Part shown: in pieces, positions 19,123 through 28,450 of the stretch | How positions within the stretch are numbered: the first letter of the stretch is position 1 | How the letters are laid out: each line of letters opens with the position of its first letter | Assembly: GCA_964499705.1 (NCBI GenBank) | Contig: CAZCME010000002.1 | Span: forward strand, 434,001 to 482,048 | From: an uncultured bacterium | GTDB taxonomy: Bacteria; UBA8481 | DNA length: 48,048 nucleotides | Direction of reading: 5' to 3' | Notes under the pieces: model-generated | The model's input: only the letters and a program-made list of their open reading frames with translations | Database searches by the model: none | What the model was told of the DNA's origin: nothing | Made by a program: the position numbers and the translations under genes

Positions 19123-21372
19123 ATGAGCGAGAACATCAGACATTACCTCGAGGTATTCCGCAGCCTCACATATGATGCCGCGGGCAGCGGAACGCCCCAT
19201 GAGCGGCTCTCGCGCCTCGTGAGCCGTGTCGCAACGGAGCTCCGTTGGGATGTCTGTTCCATCTATGTTCTCGACGAAGCCGGCGGATCGCTCGTCCTGA
19301 CCGCGACGCACGGCCTCGATCACCGGTCGGTGGGACGGATCCGGATTCCCATTGCCGAGGGATTGGTCGGCTGCGCGGCGAGCGAGGAGAAACCGATCTT
19401 CCTGGCGAATGCCGCGCAGGATGCTCGATTCCGCTATTTCCCCGAGACGGGCGAAGAGCGGTTCGTCTCCATGGCCGCCGTTCCCATGATGCGCGACGGC
19501 CGCGTCTCCGGCGTGCTGACGGTGCAGACCGTGGAGCCCTACGAGTTTTCGACGGCCGACCGGCACTTCCTGGAAATTCTCGCGCAGCACATCGCGCAGG
19601 TGGTGGACGTCGCCCTGACGCTCCGGTCGGTTCGTTCCTCCCGCGTGCATGCCTTCCACGGGACCGCGGTCTCCCCCGGCATCGCGGAAGCCCGCGTGCA
19701 TCTTTTCGAGAGTTCGCCCGACAGGATCACCGTCGCGGCACGCGGATTCCGCGGCCTCGATTTCGAGATGAAGCTCTTCGAGAAGGCGATGTCCGCGGCG
19801 CTGGCGGAAATTAACCAGCTCGTGCATCAGCTCAACTCGATCTCCCCTCCCGCCGCCCAGATCTTCATCGCCCACCGGATGATGATCGAGGATCCGATGT
19901 TCCAGCAGGACGTCCGGAAGCATATCTCGAAGGATTCCGAAAGCGCTCCGCGCGCGGTCGCCAAGGTGATGAACGCCTACATCGAGAAATTCGCCTCGAT
20001 CGGCAATCCCGTCCTGCAGGAGAAATCCTCCGACCTGAAGGGGCTCCGCGACACCTTGCTGCGCCTGATGATGGACGAGAAGGTCACGCGTTTCGCGCCG
20101 GAGTTCGAGGAAGAGAACATGGTCGTCGTGGCGCGGGAACTGACGCCGCAGCAGATGTTCCAGCTCGATGCCTCGAAGGTCGTCGCGGTCCTGACGGAAA
20201 AGGGCAGCGAATCGTCCCATGTGGCGATCATCGCGCGCGCCCTGAATTTCCCGGCCATCGTGGGCGTGGAGGCGATCATCGATTCGCTGCATCCCGAGGA
20301 CAGGGTGCTCGTGGACGGCGCCAGCGGCTACGTCTTCGTCAATCCTGACGAGGATCTGAAGAAGCAGTATTTCGCGCGCATGGAGGAGAATCGCCGGCGC
20401 GTCGCTTCCATCGACGCGGAGCTCACCGGCGCGGCGATTCCGCCGGACCGCGTGGAATCCGACGTGTTTCTCGACGCCAACATCGGCCTGCCGTTCGAGA
20501 TCGAGGAGGCGACGAAAAAGTCCTTCACAGCCGTCGGATTGTTCCGGACGGAGTTCTTCTACATGCAGCACAGGATGTGGCCGGACGAGAAAGTGCAGCG
20601 CGCCTTTTACGCCCGGCTCCTGAACGCCTTTCCCACCGATACCGTCGCGATCCGGCTCCTCGATATCGGCGGCGACAAATTCCTCAGCTACCTTCCCGCG
20701 GCGCGCGAGGAGAATCCGCACCTGGGCTTCCGTTCCGTCAGGCTGCTCCTGGCCAACCCCGAGATTCTCCGGAGCCAGATTCGCGCGATCCACGAAGCCG
20801 CCAAAGAGACAGGCAAGATCCCGAGGATTCTCGTGCCGATGGTGACGCACACATGGGAGCTGGTCGCGGTGAAGGAGATCCTGCTGGATGTGACGCAGGG
20901 TGTCGCCTACCCGATGGGGATCATGGTGGAGGTGCCCGGAGCCTTGTTCCAGATCGAGGAATTCGCGGCGGAAGCTGACTTCATCAGCATCGGCACGAAC
21001 GATCTCGCTCAATACCTGCTGGCCGTCGACCGGAACAACGCGCGCGTGAACCATCTCTCCCATCCCCTTCACCCGTCGCTGTTGCGCGCGCTCAGCCATC
21101 TCCGGAAGTCGCTTGCCGCCGCCGGCAAACCATATTCCGTCTGCGGTGAGATGGCCGGTGATCCGATCTCCGCCATGGCGCTTCTGATCCTCGGCTACCG
21201 CCATCTGACGATCGCGCCTCCGCGCGTCTCGGAGATCCGCTACATGCTGCGATGCCTGCCGAAGGAGCTCCTGCCGACGATGGCGGATCCCCTGTTATCG
21301 ATGGGCGAGGCGGGAATCAGCGAGAAGATATTGCGTTTGGCGCTCCGGGAGCACGCACCGCTTCTGGCGTAG
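19123..21372 (+). CDS. ptsP: GAF-domain PEP-protein phosphotransferase (Enzyme I-Ntr-like)
   Basis: N-terminal GAF (RFRYFPETGEERF), SHVAIIARAL phospho-His, GLFRTEF, ENPHLGFRSVR, SIGTNDLAQY, CGEMAGDP. Confidence 0.92.
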   Translation: MSENIRHYLEVFRSLTYDAAGSGTPHERLSRLVSRVATELRWDVCSIYVLDEAGGSLVLTATHGLDHRSVGRIRIPIAEGLVGCAASEEKPIFLANAAQDARFRYFPETGEERFVSMAAVPMMRDGRVSGVLTVQTVEPYEFSTADRHFLEILAQHIAQVVDVALTLRSVRSSRVHAFHGTAVSPGIAEARVHLFESSPDRITVAARGFRGLDFEMKLFEKAMSAALAEINQLVHQLNSISPPAAQIFIAHRMMIEDPMFQQDVRKHISKDSESAPRAVAKVMNAYIEKFASIGNPVLQEKSSDLKGLRDTLLRLMMDEKVTRFAPEFEEENMVVVARELTPQQMFQLDASKVVAVLTEKGSESSHVAIIARALNFPAIVGVEAIIDSLHPEDRVLVDGASGYVFVNPDEDLKKQYFARMEENRRRVASIDAELTGAAIPPDRVESDVFLDANIGLPFEIEEATKKSFTAVGLFRTEFFYMQHRMWPDEKVQRAFYARLLNAFPTDTVAIRLLDIGGDKFLSYLPAAREENPHLGFRSVRLLLANPEILRSQIRAIHEAAKETGKIPRILVPMVTHTWELVAVKEILLDVTQGVAYPMGIMVEVPGALFQIEEFAAEADFISIGTNDLAQYLLAVDRNNARVNHLSHPLHPSLLRALSHLRKSLAAAGKPYSVCGEMAGDPISAMALLILGYRHLTIAPPRVSEIRYMLRCLPKELLPTMADPLLSMGEAGISEKILRLALREHAPLLA

Positions 21373-21473
21373 GGGACATTCTCCAACATTCCAACATTGG
21401 CGATGCTGGACTTGTACTTCTGCGTTGCGTAACTCTTGCTCCGTCAATGTTGGAATGTTGGAGAATGTCCCCT
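21371..21473. repeat. 103-bp MITE/REPIN-like element with perfect 29-bp terminal inverted repeats
   Basis: AGGGGACATTCTCCAACATTCCAACATTG (21371-21399) is the exact reverse complement of 21445-21473, with a 45-bp spacer. Confidence 0.85.
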
Positions 21474-22631
21474 GAACGCAAATGCTGCCAGGAGAGCAAG
21501 TTCGGGTCTCACGGGAATGAAATACCTGGGAATCGGATAAAGCGGCGCGTGGAAGAGGACGAAGTACGCGATGACGGCGGCGGCGATCCGGCCTTCCGGC
21601 GTACGGAGCGCGCCGGGAAGACCCGCCAGAGCGAGAAGCAGAATCACGAGATTCGCGCCGCGCAATCCCCATTTCACCGCCGGCATCCGGTCGAGGCTCT
21701 TCATCGCCCCTGGCACTTCCACCCAGGACCAGAACGTGCCTTTCACGGCGCGCATCGCGCAGGCGAGCGGTTCCGCCAGAATTCTCGCGAGCCCCTTCCG
21801 CATGTAGAGCGCATGGATCTCGTTCGGCGGATAATGCTTCGCCACGGTTTTCTCCTGCCTGAAGATGTAATCGCCGCGATCGTCGTAGGGTGAGAGGAGC
21901 CAGGGAAAGTCATAGTTCATGCTGGCCCACAGGAGGAATCCGAATCCGCCCGCCCGGACCGCGGTGCCTTCTCCGAAGACGGCGCGGTTGCGAACGGTCC
22001 AGAGCCCCATGGGGATGAGAAAGATGAAAAGCGACAGGAGGCAGAGTTTCCACGAGCGAGGTTTCGTCAGATATCGCAGACCCACCGAGATGGGATGGAG
22101 AATCAGGGTGATCATCGTCTGGTAAACGAGTCCGCCTCCGATGAGCCCGGTCATGAAGAAGGCGCATCCCCTGCCGAAGCGCATGGAACGGCTCCACGCG
22201 GCCACCCACAGCAGAAGCAGCGCGGCGCCGATAGTCTCCGTCAGGATGTAGGCGGATGGCGGAATGCTGATCGGATCGAGCGCCAGGATGATGCCTCCGA
22301 GGAACGCGCGAACGATTCCCACGTGCGGCAGGAGAATCTCGAAGACGACCAGGGGCACGAGCGAAGCGATGAGCGCCTGGATGATCTGGATGCCGGTCAG
22401 GCTGCCGCCGGTCAGCTTCAGCATGCCCGCGAGGAACACGGGATACGTCGGAGATCGGAACGCGGTCAGAACTCCGGCTTCATCCACCATTCCCACGCCG
22501 TCGACGATGCCGCGGCCCATGGAGAGATACGTAGCGGTATCGGAGGCGATCGGGTTGAACCCGAGCGCGGGAAGAATGAGGCGTGCGGAGAAGGCGATCA
22601 GGAAAAGCGCGAGACGGTAACGCCTAACCAT
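21444..22631 (-). CDS. Polytopic membrane glycosyltransferase (GT-C fold, ArnT/PMT-like)
   Basis: SDTATY in the first loop, TAFRSPTYPVFLAG, ILTET, WTVRN, PRYFIP; many TM helices. Confidence 0.75.
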   Translation of the reverse strand: MVRRYRLALFLIAFSARLILPALGFNPIASDTATYLSMGRGIVDGVGMVDEAGVLTAFRSPTYPVFLAGMLKLTGGSLTGIQIIQALIASLVPLVVFEILLPHVGIVRAFLGGIILALDPISIPPSAYILTETIGAALLLLWVAAWSRSMRFGRGCAFFMTGLIGGGLVYQTMITLILHPISVGLRYLTKPRSWKLCLLSLFIFLIPMGLWTVRNRAVFGEGTAVRAGGFGFLLWASMNYDFPWLLSPYDDRGDYIFRQEKTVAKHYPPNEIHALYMRKGLARILAEPLACAMRAVKGTFWSWVEVPGAMKSLDRMPAVKWGLRGANLVILLLALAGLPGALRTPEGRIAAAVIAYFVLFHAPLYPIPRYFIPVRPELALLAAFAFRGHSPTFQH

Positions 22632-24228
22632 CTATCCTCGTGTATACCTTGTAATCGATCTCCGGAAAAATATTATCTCGCGATTCGACGACCGACAGCC
22701 ATTCGTTGTCGATCTCCCCGCGCGAAATATCCTCGTCGATCTTCAGGAACCGGGTCACATGGTCGCGCGTCCTGCGGACCGCATACTCCACCATGGTGCC
22801 CGTCTTCATGATGAACGCCCAGTCGCTCGACTGCGCCAGCAGCAGCTCGCGCGCCATCTGGTTCAGGGCGCGCCGCAGGTCGCCTCCGGCGTGCGGGTTC
22901 GCCGTCGCGAGCTCGACCATCCGGTCGGCGCACTCGTGGAGGTGCCGGTAGATCCAGTCGTTGCATCCGTCCAGCCAGACGCCGGCATAGCCCGCGTCTC
23001 CCCACGACGAGAATGTCGGCTCCACCGCCTGGTGCTCCGGAAACATCTCCAGGTATTCCGCGGGCGTCGTCAGCTTCAGGACGCTGGAGTCCGCGGCCTT
23101 CCTCAGGAACGCATGGAGAAAGTCGGGCCCTTCGTACCACCAGTGGCCGTACAGCTCCGCGTCGTAGGGAGAGAGAATGATCGGCGGGCGCTTGATCTTT
23201 TCGTGCAGATACTCCACCTGCTTTTCGCGATTGAAGAGAAAGTTCCCCGCATGCTCCTCGGCTTTTCTCGCGGCCGCCTCGGGGTAATACGGCTGCTTCT
23301 CATCCAGGGCGATTCCCTTGGACGTGACGCGGTGATACTTGATCCCGGTCGAAGTCCGGAAACCCATCGGATGGATATAGGGCTTGATGTAATCGTATTC
23401 CGCGTCGAATCCGAGATCGCGGTAGAACTCGCGGTAGTTGAAGTCGCCCGGATATCCTTCTTCCGCCGACCACACGGACTTCGACGACTCGATGTCGCGG
23501 CCGAAGAAGGCCACGCCGTTTCTGGAGATGACGGGCGCGAAGACGCCGTAGCGAGGGCGGGGCGTGCCGTAGAGAATGCCGTGCGCGTCTACGAAGGTGA
23601 ACCCGATGCCGGCCTCCTTCAGGTATCTGTCATGCCCCGACCAGTAGCCGCATTCCGCGAGCCAGATTCCGCGAGGCCGGCGTCCGAAATGCTTCAGGTG
23701 CGAATTCGACGCGACCTGGACCTGGGCCCGCACCGCGGTCTGGTTGACGTCCATGAGCGGAAGGAATCCGTGCGTCGCTCCGCACGTCACGATCTCCAGG
23801 TGCCCCGCGTCCTGCACGGCCTTGAACGCCGTCAGGATGTTCCTGTGATACCGGTCGACGAAGGTCTCGTGTGCCTGCCGGAATTTCCGCAGGTACATTT
23901 CCGCGGCGGGCGCGAACTCAGGCGTGCTGCGCGTCCGGACAGTTTCCTTCTCGGCGAGCTCGATGAGGCGTTCGAGATGATGCTGGTAGCGCACCTGCAG
24001 GAGCGAATCCGCCAGCATGTTCGCCAGGGGCGGCGTGATGGACATGGTAATCTTGAAATCGACGCCGTCGAGCATGAGCGCCTCGAAGGCATGGATGAGC
24101 GGAATATACGTCTCCGTGATCGCCTCGTACAGCCAGTCCTCTTCCAGGAATTCCTCGTGCTCCGGATGACGAACGAACGGGAGATGCGCATGCAAAACGA
24201 TCGCGACGCAGCCGCGCGGCTTCCTCAT
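22624..24228 (-). CDS. GH57 1,4-alpha-glucan branching enzyme (DUF1957-containing)
   Basis: VLHAHLPFVRH, EAITETYIP, GIWLAECG (nucleophile), PYDAELYGHWWYEG, RELLLAQSSDWAF. Confidence 0.93.
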   Translation of the reverse strand: MRKPRGCVAIVLHAHLPFVRHPEHEEFLEEDWLYEAITETYIPLIHAFEALMLDGVDFKITMSITPPLANMLADSLLQVRYQHHLERLIELAEKETVRTRSTPEFAPAAEMYLRKFRQAHETFVDRYHRNILTAFKAVQDAGHLEIVTCGATHGFLPLMDVNQTAVRAQVQVASNSHLKHFGRRPRGIWLAECGYWSGHDRYLKEAGIGFTFVDAHGILYGTPRPRYGVFAPVISRNGVAFFGRDIESSKSVWSAEEGYPGDFNYREFYRDLGFDAEYDYIKPYIHPMGFRTSTGIKYHRVTSKGIALDEKQPYYPEAAARKAEEHAGNFLFNREKQVEYLHEKIKRPPIILSPYDAELYGHWWYEGPDFLHAFLRKAADSSVLKLTTPAEYLEMFPEHQAVEPTFSSWGDAGYAGVWLDGCNDWIYRHLHECADRMVELATANPHAGGDLRRALNQMARELLLAQSSDWAFIMKTGTMVEYAVRRTRDHVTRFLKIDEDISRGEIDNEWLSVVESRDNIFPEIDYKVYTRIDG

Positions 24229-24233
24229 GGGAT

Positions 24234-25589
24234 TCAGTACGTCGTGTTGCGCTTGACGACTGGACGAGCCTTCCGCTTCTGCTTCCCGTCCGCTCTCACG
24301 GCGACACAAGGCATGTCGACCGTGCCGTCCGGCAGGGCGTAGCGGAGCGTGAACGTGCCGTCGGGGCGGAGCTGAACCTTCTTGCCCTGGACCGTGACGG
24401 TCGCGTCCGGCTGCGTGCCTCCGTAGAGGATCAGCTCGGTATTCACCCAGAAGAAGAAGTCATCGACTTTCTTCTGGCCGATGCCCATCGGAGACGACGG
24501 CATGCGCGACGAAAGCGAACCCGACGTGGGAAGATTGAATTCGTATTCCCATTCCGGCGGAGCCTCCTCGAATTCGGGCCGCTTCTTTTTCCGGCCCGCG
24601 GCGGAGCCTCCGAAACCCTGGAGCCCCTTGGCGACCTGGTCGCCGCCGGAAAGCTTGAAGATCTCCTGGAAATCAGTATCGAGCTCGCGAAATTCGTCCG
24701 CGATAACCGGAGAAACGCTCTTGCGCGGCGTCGCCACGGTGTTGGATCGGAATATCCGGTAGAAGCGCCCGGACCTTCCGATGTAACCGAGCTCCACGCG
24801 CCAGGCGCGGCCTTCCGTGGGGAGATGGATGTACCACGACTTCGCGCCGGGATGGATCTGGACGTCGAAGGATGTGTTCGCATCGCTCGATTCCATGCCC
24901 GTGCAGTCGTACACGCGAAGCACGCGCACCGCACCCTGGATGTCCGTGCCCGCGGTCCTGTGGACATCTTCCTCCGCGGTCGGCGTGATTTCCCAGTAGG
25001 CGAAGAGCCAGCGGGGATCGCGTGTCAGGAGGACGAACTTGTCCTTGCCGTATTGCTTGGGCAGCTCCTGGCCGGAAAGGCGATCTTCCGTGATGGGAGC
25101 GCGCTTAGCGGCCGGGCGCTTGACGAGCATGGTGGAGGAGCGCGATGTGTCGTCGAGATCGACCGCTTGATCGAGATGCTCGCCGCCGGGGGGCATCTTA
25201 TTGCGGGAGGCTCGCGAGGGGCTCGCGGCCTTGGCGGGTTGAGACTTCGACTTCGTCTCCACGGCCGTTTCCACATCCGCCTGTTCGAGGTCCAGTTCCA
25301 TTTCGCCGTTCTCGACCTCGTTTTCCGCTTCCATTGCCTGGCCTTTCCTGGCGCGCGCTTCGAGCGAGCGGCGCGCGGAGGTTGCGGTGGGCTTGGATTC
25401 GTGGTGGGCGGTCGCGGAGACTTTCCGCGTCCGGCGAGTCCGGGCCGCGCTGGTGGCGCGCGTCAACGCCTTCGCGATTTCTCCGGCCAGTTCTTCCTTC
25501 GTCATCTGCGAACGACCCGGAAGTTCCAGTTCGCGCGCGCGTTCGATCAGTTCCGCCTTGCTTTCCGTCAGCAATTCTTTCTTGTTCAT
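24234..25589 (-). CDS. DUF4912 domain protein with an N-terminal Rho-N-like domain
   Basis: ELIERARELELPGRSQMTKEEL; LPKQYGKDKFVLLTRDPRWLFAYWEI; FFFWVNTELILYGGTQPDA; GGAGG upstream of ATG 25589; typical neighbour of GH57. Confidence 0.85.
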   Translation of the reverse strand: MNKKELLTESKAELIERARELELPGRSQMTKEELAGEIAKALTRATSAARTRRTRKVSATAHHESKPTATSARRSLEARARKGQAMEAENEVENGEMELDLEQADVETAVETKSKSQPAKAASPSRASRNKMPPGGEHLDQAVDLDDTSRSSTMLVKRPAAKRAPITEDRLSGQELPKQYGKDKFVLLTRDPRWLFAYWEITPTAEEDVHRTAGTDIQGAVRVLRVYDCTGMESSDANTSFDVQIHPGAKSWYIHLPTEGRAWRVELGYIGRSGRFYRIFRSNTVATPRKSVSPVIADEFRELDTDFQEIFKLSGGDQVAKGLQGFGGSAAGRKKKRPEFEEAPPEWEYEFNLPTSGSLSSRMPSSPMGIGQKKVDDFFFWVNTELILYGGTQPDATVTVQGKKVQLRPDGTFTLRYALPDGTVDMPCVAVRADGKQKRKARPVVKRNTTY

Positions 25590-25762
25590 ATGAAACCTCC
25601 TGCTATCCCCCGAGGGATCATGATCTGACCTGGATTTCCGAGATAAAATATTATGAATCAGGCGCAAGATCATGGCTGTTGGAAGCCGGGGGGTCAATGA
25701 TTTTTGAGCCCAAAAACGAATTGCGATATGAGATTGGGGATATCCTTGTATACTCGCGCTCT

Positions 25763-26731
25763 ATGTCCGTCATTTCCAGAGAAGAAGCCGTCCGTCTGCT
25801 GAGCAGTGACGCGCCCCACACTCTGGCACTTCTGGAGCAGGCGCGCGTTCTGAGGGAGGAGCATTTCGGGCAAACGGTCGTTCTGCACGTTCTCTCCAAT
25901 GCCAAGTCGGGGAGGTGTTCGGAGGATTGCGGATTCTGCTCGCAGTCGGCCCGGTTCGAAACGGGCATTGCGGAGTATCCCCTCCTTTCCGACGACGAGC
26001 TGTACGAACAGGCACGCATCGCCAACGAGGCGCGGGCCGAGAAATTCTGCATTGTGACGGCGACGCGCGGGCCGACCGGCGCGTTGCTGGATCGGCTCTG
26101 TCCTTCCGTAACGAGGATCAAGGACGCGTTTCCCCGGTTGAAGATCTGCACATCGCTCGGCCTTCTCAACCAGGAGTCGGCATCGCGACTTCGGGACTCC
26201 GGCGTCGACCGCTACAACCACAACCTGGAATCATCTCGCGCGTTTTTTCCCAATATCGTTTCCACGCACCGTTGGGAGGAACGCGTCGAAACCGTCCAGC
26301 TCGCGAAGGATCACGGGATGGAAGCCTGCTGCGGAGGCATCGTCGGGCTGGGGGAATCCGACGCGGATATCATCGACCTCTTCTTCTCGCTCCGTGACCT
26401 GGACGTCGATTCAATCCCTGTTAATCTCTTCAACCCCCGACCCGGAACGCCTTTCGGCAACGTGGCGCCCTTGAGTCCCATGAAGGGATTGCGGGTTCTC
26501 GCGCTGGCACGGCTTATCAATCCCGCGAAAGACATCCGGGCCGCGGGCGGCCGGGAAGCCGTTCTCGGCCACCTCCAGTCGCTGGCCCTCTTCGCCGTGA
26601 ACTCCCTCTTCACGAACGGCTACCTGACGACGACCGGACAATCCTTTTCGCAGGACGAGGAGATGATCCGGGAGGTGGGATACGAGATCGTGCGCGAGGG
26701 AGAAGAGACAAGGATGAAGTATGAAGGATGA
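25763..26731 (+). CDS. bioB: Biotin synthase
   Basis: NAKSGRCSEDCGFCSQS, FCIV, CTSLG, YNHNLE, CCGGIVGLGE, SIPVN, RAAGGRE, YLTTTG. Confidence 0.95.
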   Translation: MSVISREEAVRLLSSDAPHTLALLEQARVLREEHFGQTVVLHVLSNAKSGRCSEDCGFCSQSARFETGIAEYPLLSDDELYEQARIANEARAEKFCIVTATRGPTGALLDRLCPSVTRIKDAFPRLKICTSLGLLNQESASRLRDSGVDRYNHNLESSRAFFPNIVSTHRWEERVETVQLAKDHGMEACCGGIVGLGESDADIIDLFFSLRDLDVDSIPVNLFNPRPGTPFGNVAPLSPMKGLRVLALARLINPAKDIRAAGGREAVLGHLQSLALFAVNSLFTNGYLTTTGQSFSQDEEMIREVGYEIVREGEETRMKYEG

Positions 26732-26732
26732 A
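26712..26732 (+). repeat. 7-bp tandem repeat GGATGAA GTATGAA GGATGAA at the bioB/ABC junction
   Basis: Read directly from the sequence; same unit as the tract at 37731-37790. Confidence 0.6.
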
Positions 26733-27707
26733 GTGACTTTTTCGATGCCCGCTCAACAAGGAAGGTATTTTTCATTTTTCATTCTTCTCCTCCTCCTCGG
26801 ATGCGGCGGGTCCGAAGCGCCCTCGGAGAAACCCCGCCCCGTCCGGATCGGATACCCGCCGCTCGTGGCGAATGCTCCGTTGTATGTCGCGATGGAGAGC
26901 GACCTCTTCGGCGCGGAGGGCCTGATGGTGGAAGCGGTCAAGGTTCCGTCTTCCAACGACTCCATCGAGGCGCTTCTGCGGGGCGATATCGACATCGCGG
27001 TCGCGCCGCCCTTCAATCTCATCTTCGCCGCGGAACTGCGCGCGCCGGGACGGCTGAGAGTCCTCACGGTGAACGACGAAACGGACACGGCCTTCTACTT
27101 CGAATCGCTCATCGTTCCGACGGCGTCTCCCATCAAGGAACTCGCCGACCTGCGCGGAAAGCGCGTGGGATGCTTTCCAGGCTCCTTCGCGGCGGGCATG
27201 CTCCGCGCGATCATGGCATCCATCGGCATCGGCGGCGACGCCTTCACTCCAGCGCCGATGGATGTTTCGCTCCATATCCCGTCGCTGGAAGCGGGTCAGA
27301 TCGACGCGCTCCTGGCCTACGAACCCACCGCGACGATCGCGCTTCGTTCCGGCAAGTTCCGCCTCCTGGAAGCCGCGCCGTTTCCCCGCAGGATCATGGA
27401 TCCATTCCCCAATTCCGCGATCACGATGAGCCGGGAATTCGCGCGGAACAGGCCGGAGGATGCCGCGAAAGCGGAGCGTGCCTTGCTGGCGGCGGTGGAT
27501 GCGATCACGCGCAATCCCGAGTCGTGCGAGGAGGCGATCGCGAAGTGGACGAGCGTGGACAGATCGATCATCCACGGGATTCCTCAGCAGCGCTTTCGCC
27601 GGGCAACTCCCGATCTTGTGGAACCTCTCCAGGAAATCGCCAAGCTTTACTGCGTCTGGGGAGTCCTCGACAGTCCGCCGGACATCTACGCGCTCATCAA
27701 ACCTTGA
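26721..27707 (+). CDS. ABC transporter substrate-binding lipoprotein (SsuA/TauA/NMT1-like)
   Basis: Lipobox LLLGC; VRIGY, ALLRGDIDIA, DLRGKRVG, GQIDALLAYEP. Confidence 0.85.
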   Translation: MKDEVTFSMPAQQGRYFSFFILLLLLGCGGSEAPSEKPRPVRIGYPPLVANAPLYVAMESDLFGAEGLMVEAVKVPSSNDSIEALLRGDIDIAVAPPFNLIFAAELRAPGRLRVLTVNDETDTAFYFESLIVPTASPIKELADLRGKRVGCFPGSFAAGMLRAIMASIGIGGDAFTPAPMDVSLHIPSLEAGQIDALLAYEPTATIALRSGKFRLLEAAPFPRRIMDPFPNSAITMSREFARNRPEDAAKAERALLAAVDAITRNPESCEEAIAKWTSVDRSIIHGIPQQRFRRATPDLVEPLQEIAKLYCVWGVLDSPPDIYALIKP

Positions 27708-28450
27708 TCGCCTGCCTCGATCAGGTCTCCTTTGCCTACCAGGAGCGCGAGATCGTTTCAGGCATCTCGTTCGCCATTCAACCCGGCGAAGTCGTCGCGC
27801 TCTTCGGTCCCAACGGTTGCGGCAAATCGACAATCCTCCGGATCATGGCAGGCCGGCTCGCTCCTGCCTCCGGCCGGGCCGTCATCCCGCCGCCCGGCGA
27901 TTCGGGCTTCGTCTTCCAGAATTACAGGGATTCCCTTTTTCCGTGGCGGTCCGCTCTCGGCAATGTCTCCTTCCCGCTCGAATGCCGCGGCGAGAATTCC
28001 GCATCCGCCCGCGTCCGCGCGGCGCGAGTCCTGAAGACCGTCGGCGCGGATCAGCATGCCGGGAGCTATCCTTATCGCCTGTCGGGCGGCCAGGCGCAGG
28101 CCGTCGCGATCGCGCGCGCCATCGTATCGGAGCCTAAGCTCGTCCTGCTGGACGAACCTTCGAGCGCGCTCGATATCGTGGCGCAGCGCGAGCTCTGGAT
28201 GGCTCTGATGAAGGTAACATCCGATTCGCCCGCGGGCTTTCTTCTCGTGACCCACGATCTCGACGAAGCCATCATCCTGGCCGATCGCATCCTCGTTCTC
28301 TCCCCGAGACCCGGCCGGATACTCGATGAAATATCCGTCCCGCTGCCTCGGCCGCGCGCACCCGTGATCCTCTCGGATCCCCGCTTTCTCGCACTGCGAG
28401 CGCGCCTGGCGTCGTCCTTCGAGGCCGCGCTGAGTGGAACTCGATCATGA
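27704..28450 (+). CDS. ABC transporter ATP-binding protein (SsuB/TauB-like)
   Basis: TTG start overlapping the upstream TGA; GPNGCGKST, LSGGQ, LLDEP, VTHDLDEAIILADRI. Confidence 0.9.
   Translation: MIACLDQVSFAYQEREIVSGISFAIQPGEVVALFGPNGCGKSTILRIMAGRLAPASGRAVIPPPGDSGFVFQNYRDSLFPWRSALGNVSFPLECRGENSASARVRAARVLKTVGADQHAGSYPYRLSGGQAQAVAIARAIVSEPKLVLLDEPSSALDIVAQRELWMALMKVTSDSPAGFLLVTHDLDEAIILADRILVLSPRPGRILDEISVPLPRPRAPVILSDPRFLALRARLASSFEAALSGTRS

Noticed and set aside
19006-21204. 732-aa antisense ORF opposite ptsP
   Set aside because: Shadow ORF from high-GC codon bias; no recognisable motifs.
22759-24342. 527-aa antisense ORF opposite GH57 (similarly 29475-31091, 41465-42892, 42792-44414, 33148-34413)
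   Set aside because: All mirror well-supported genes on the other strand and have shadow-like composition.
25145-25762. Apparent long N-terminal fusion on BioB (and 26801-27703 on the ABC ATPase)
   Set aside because: These open frames overlap other genes; the likely starts are 25763 and 27704.
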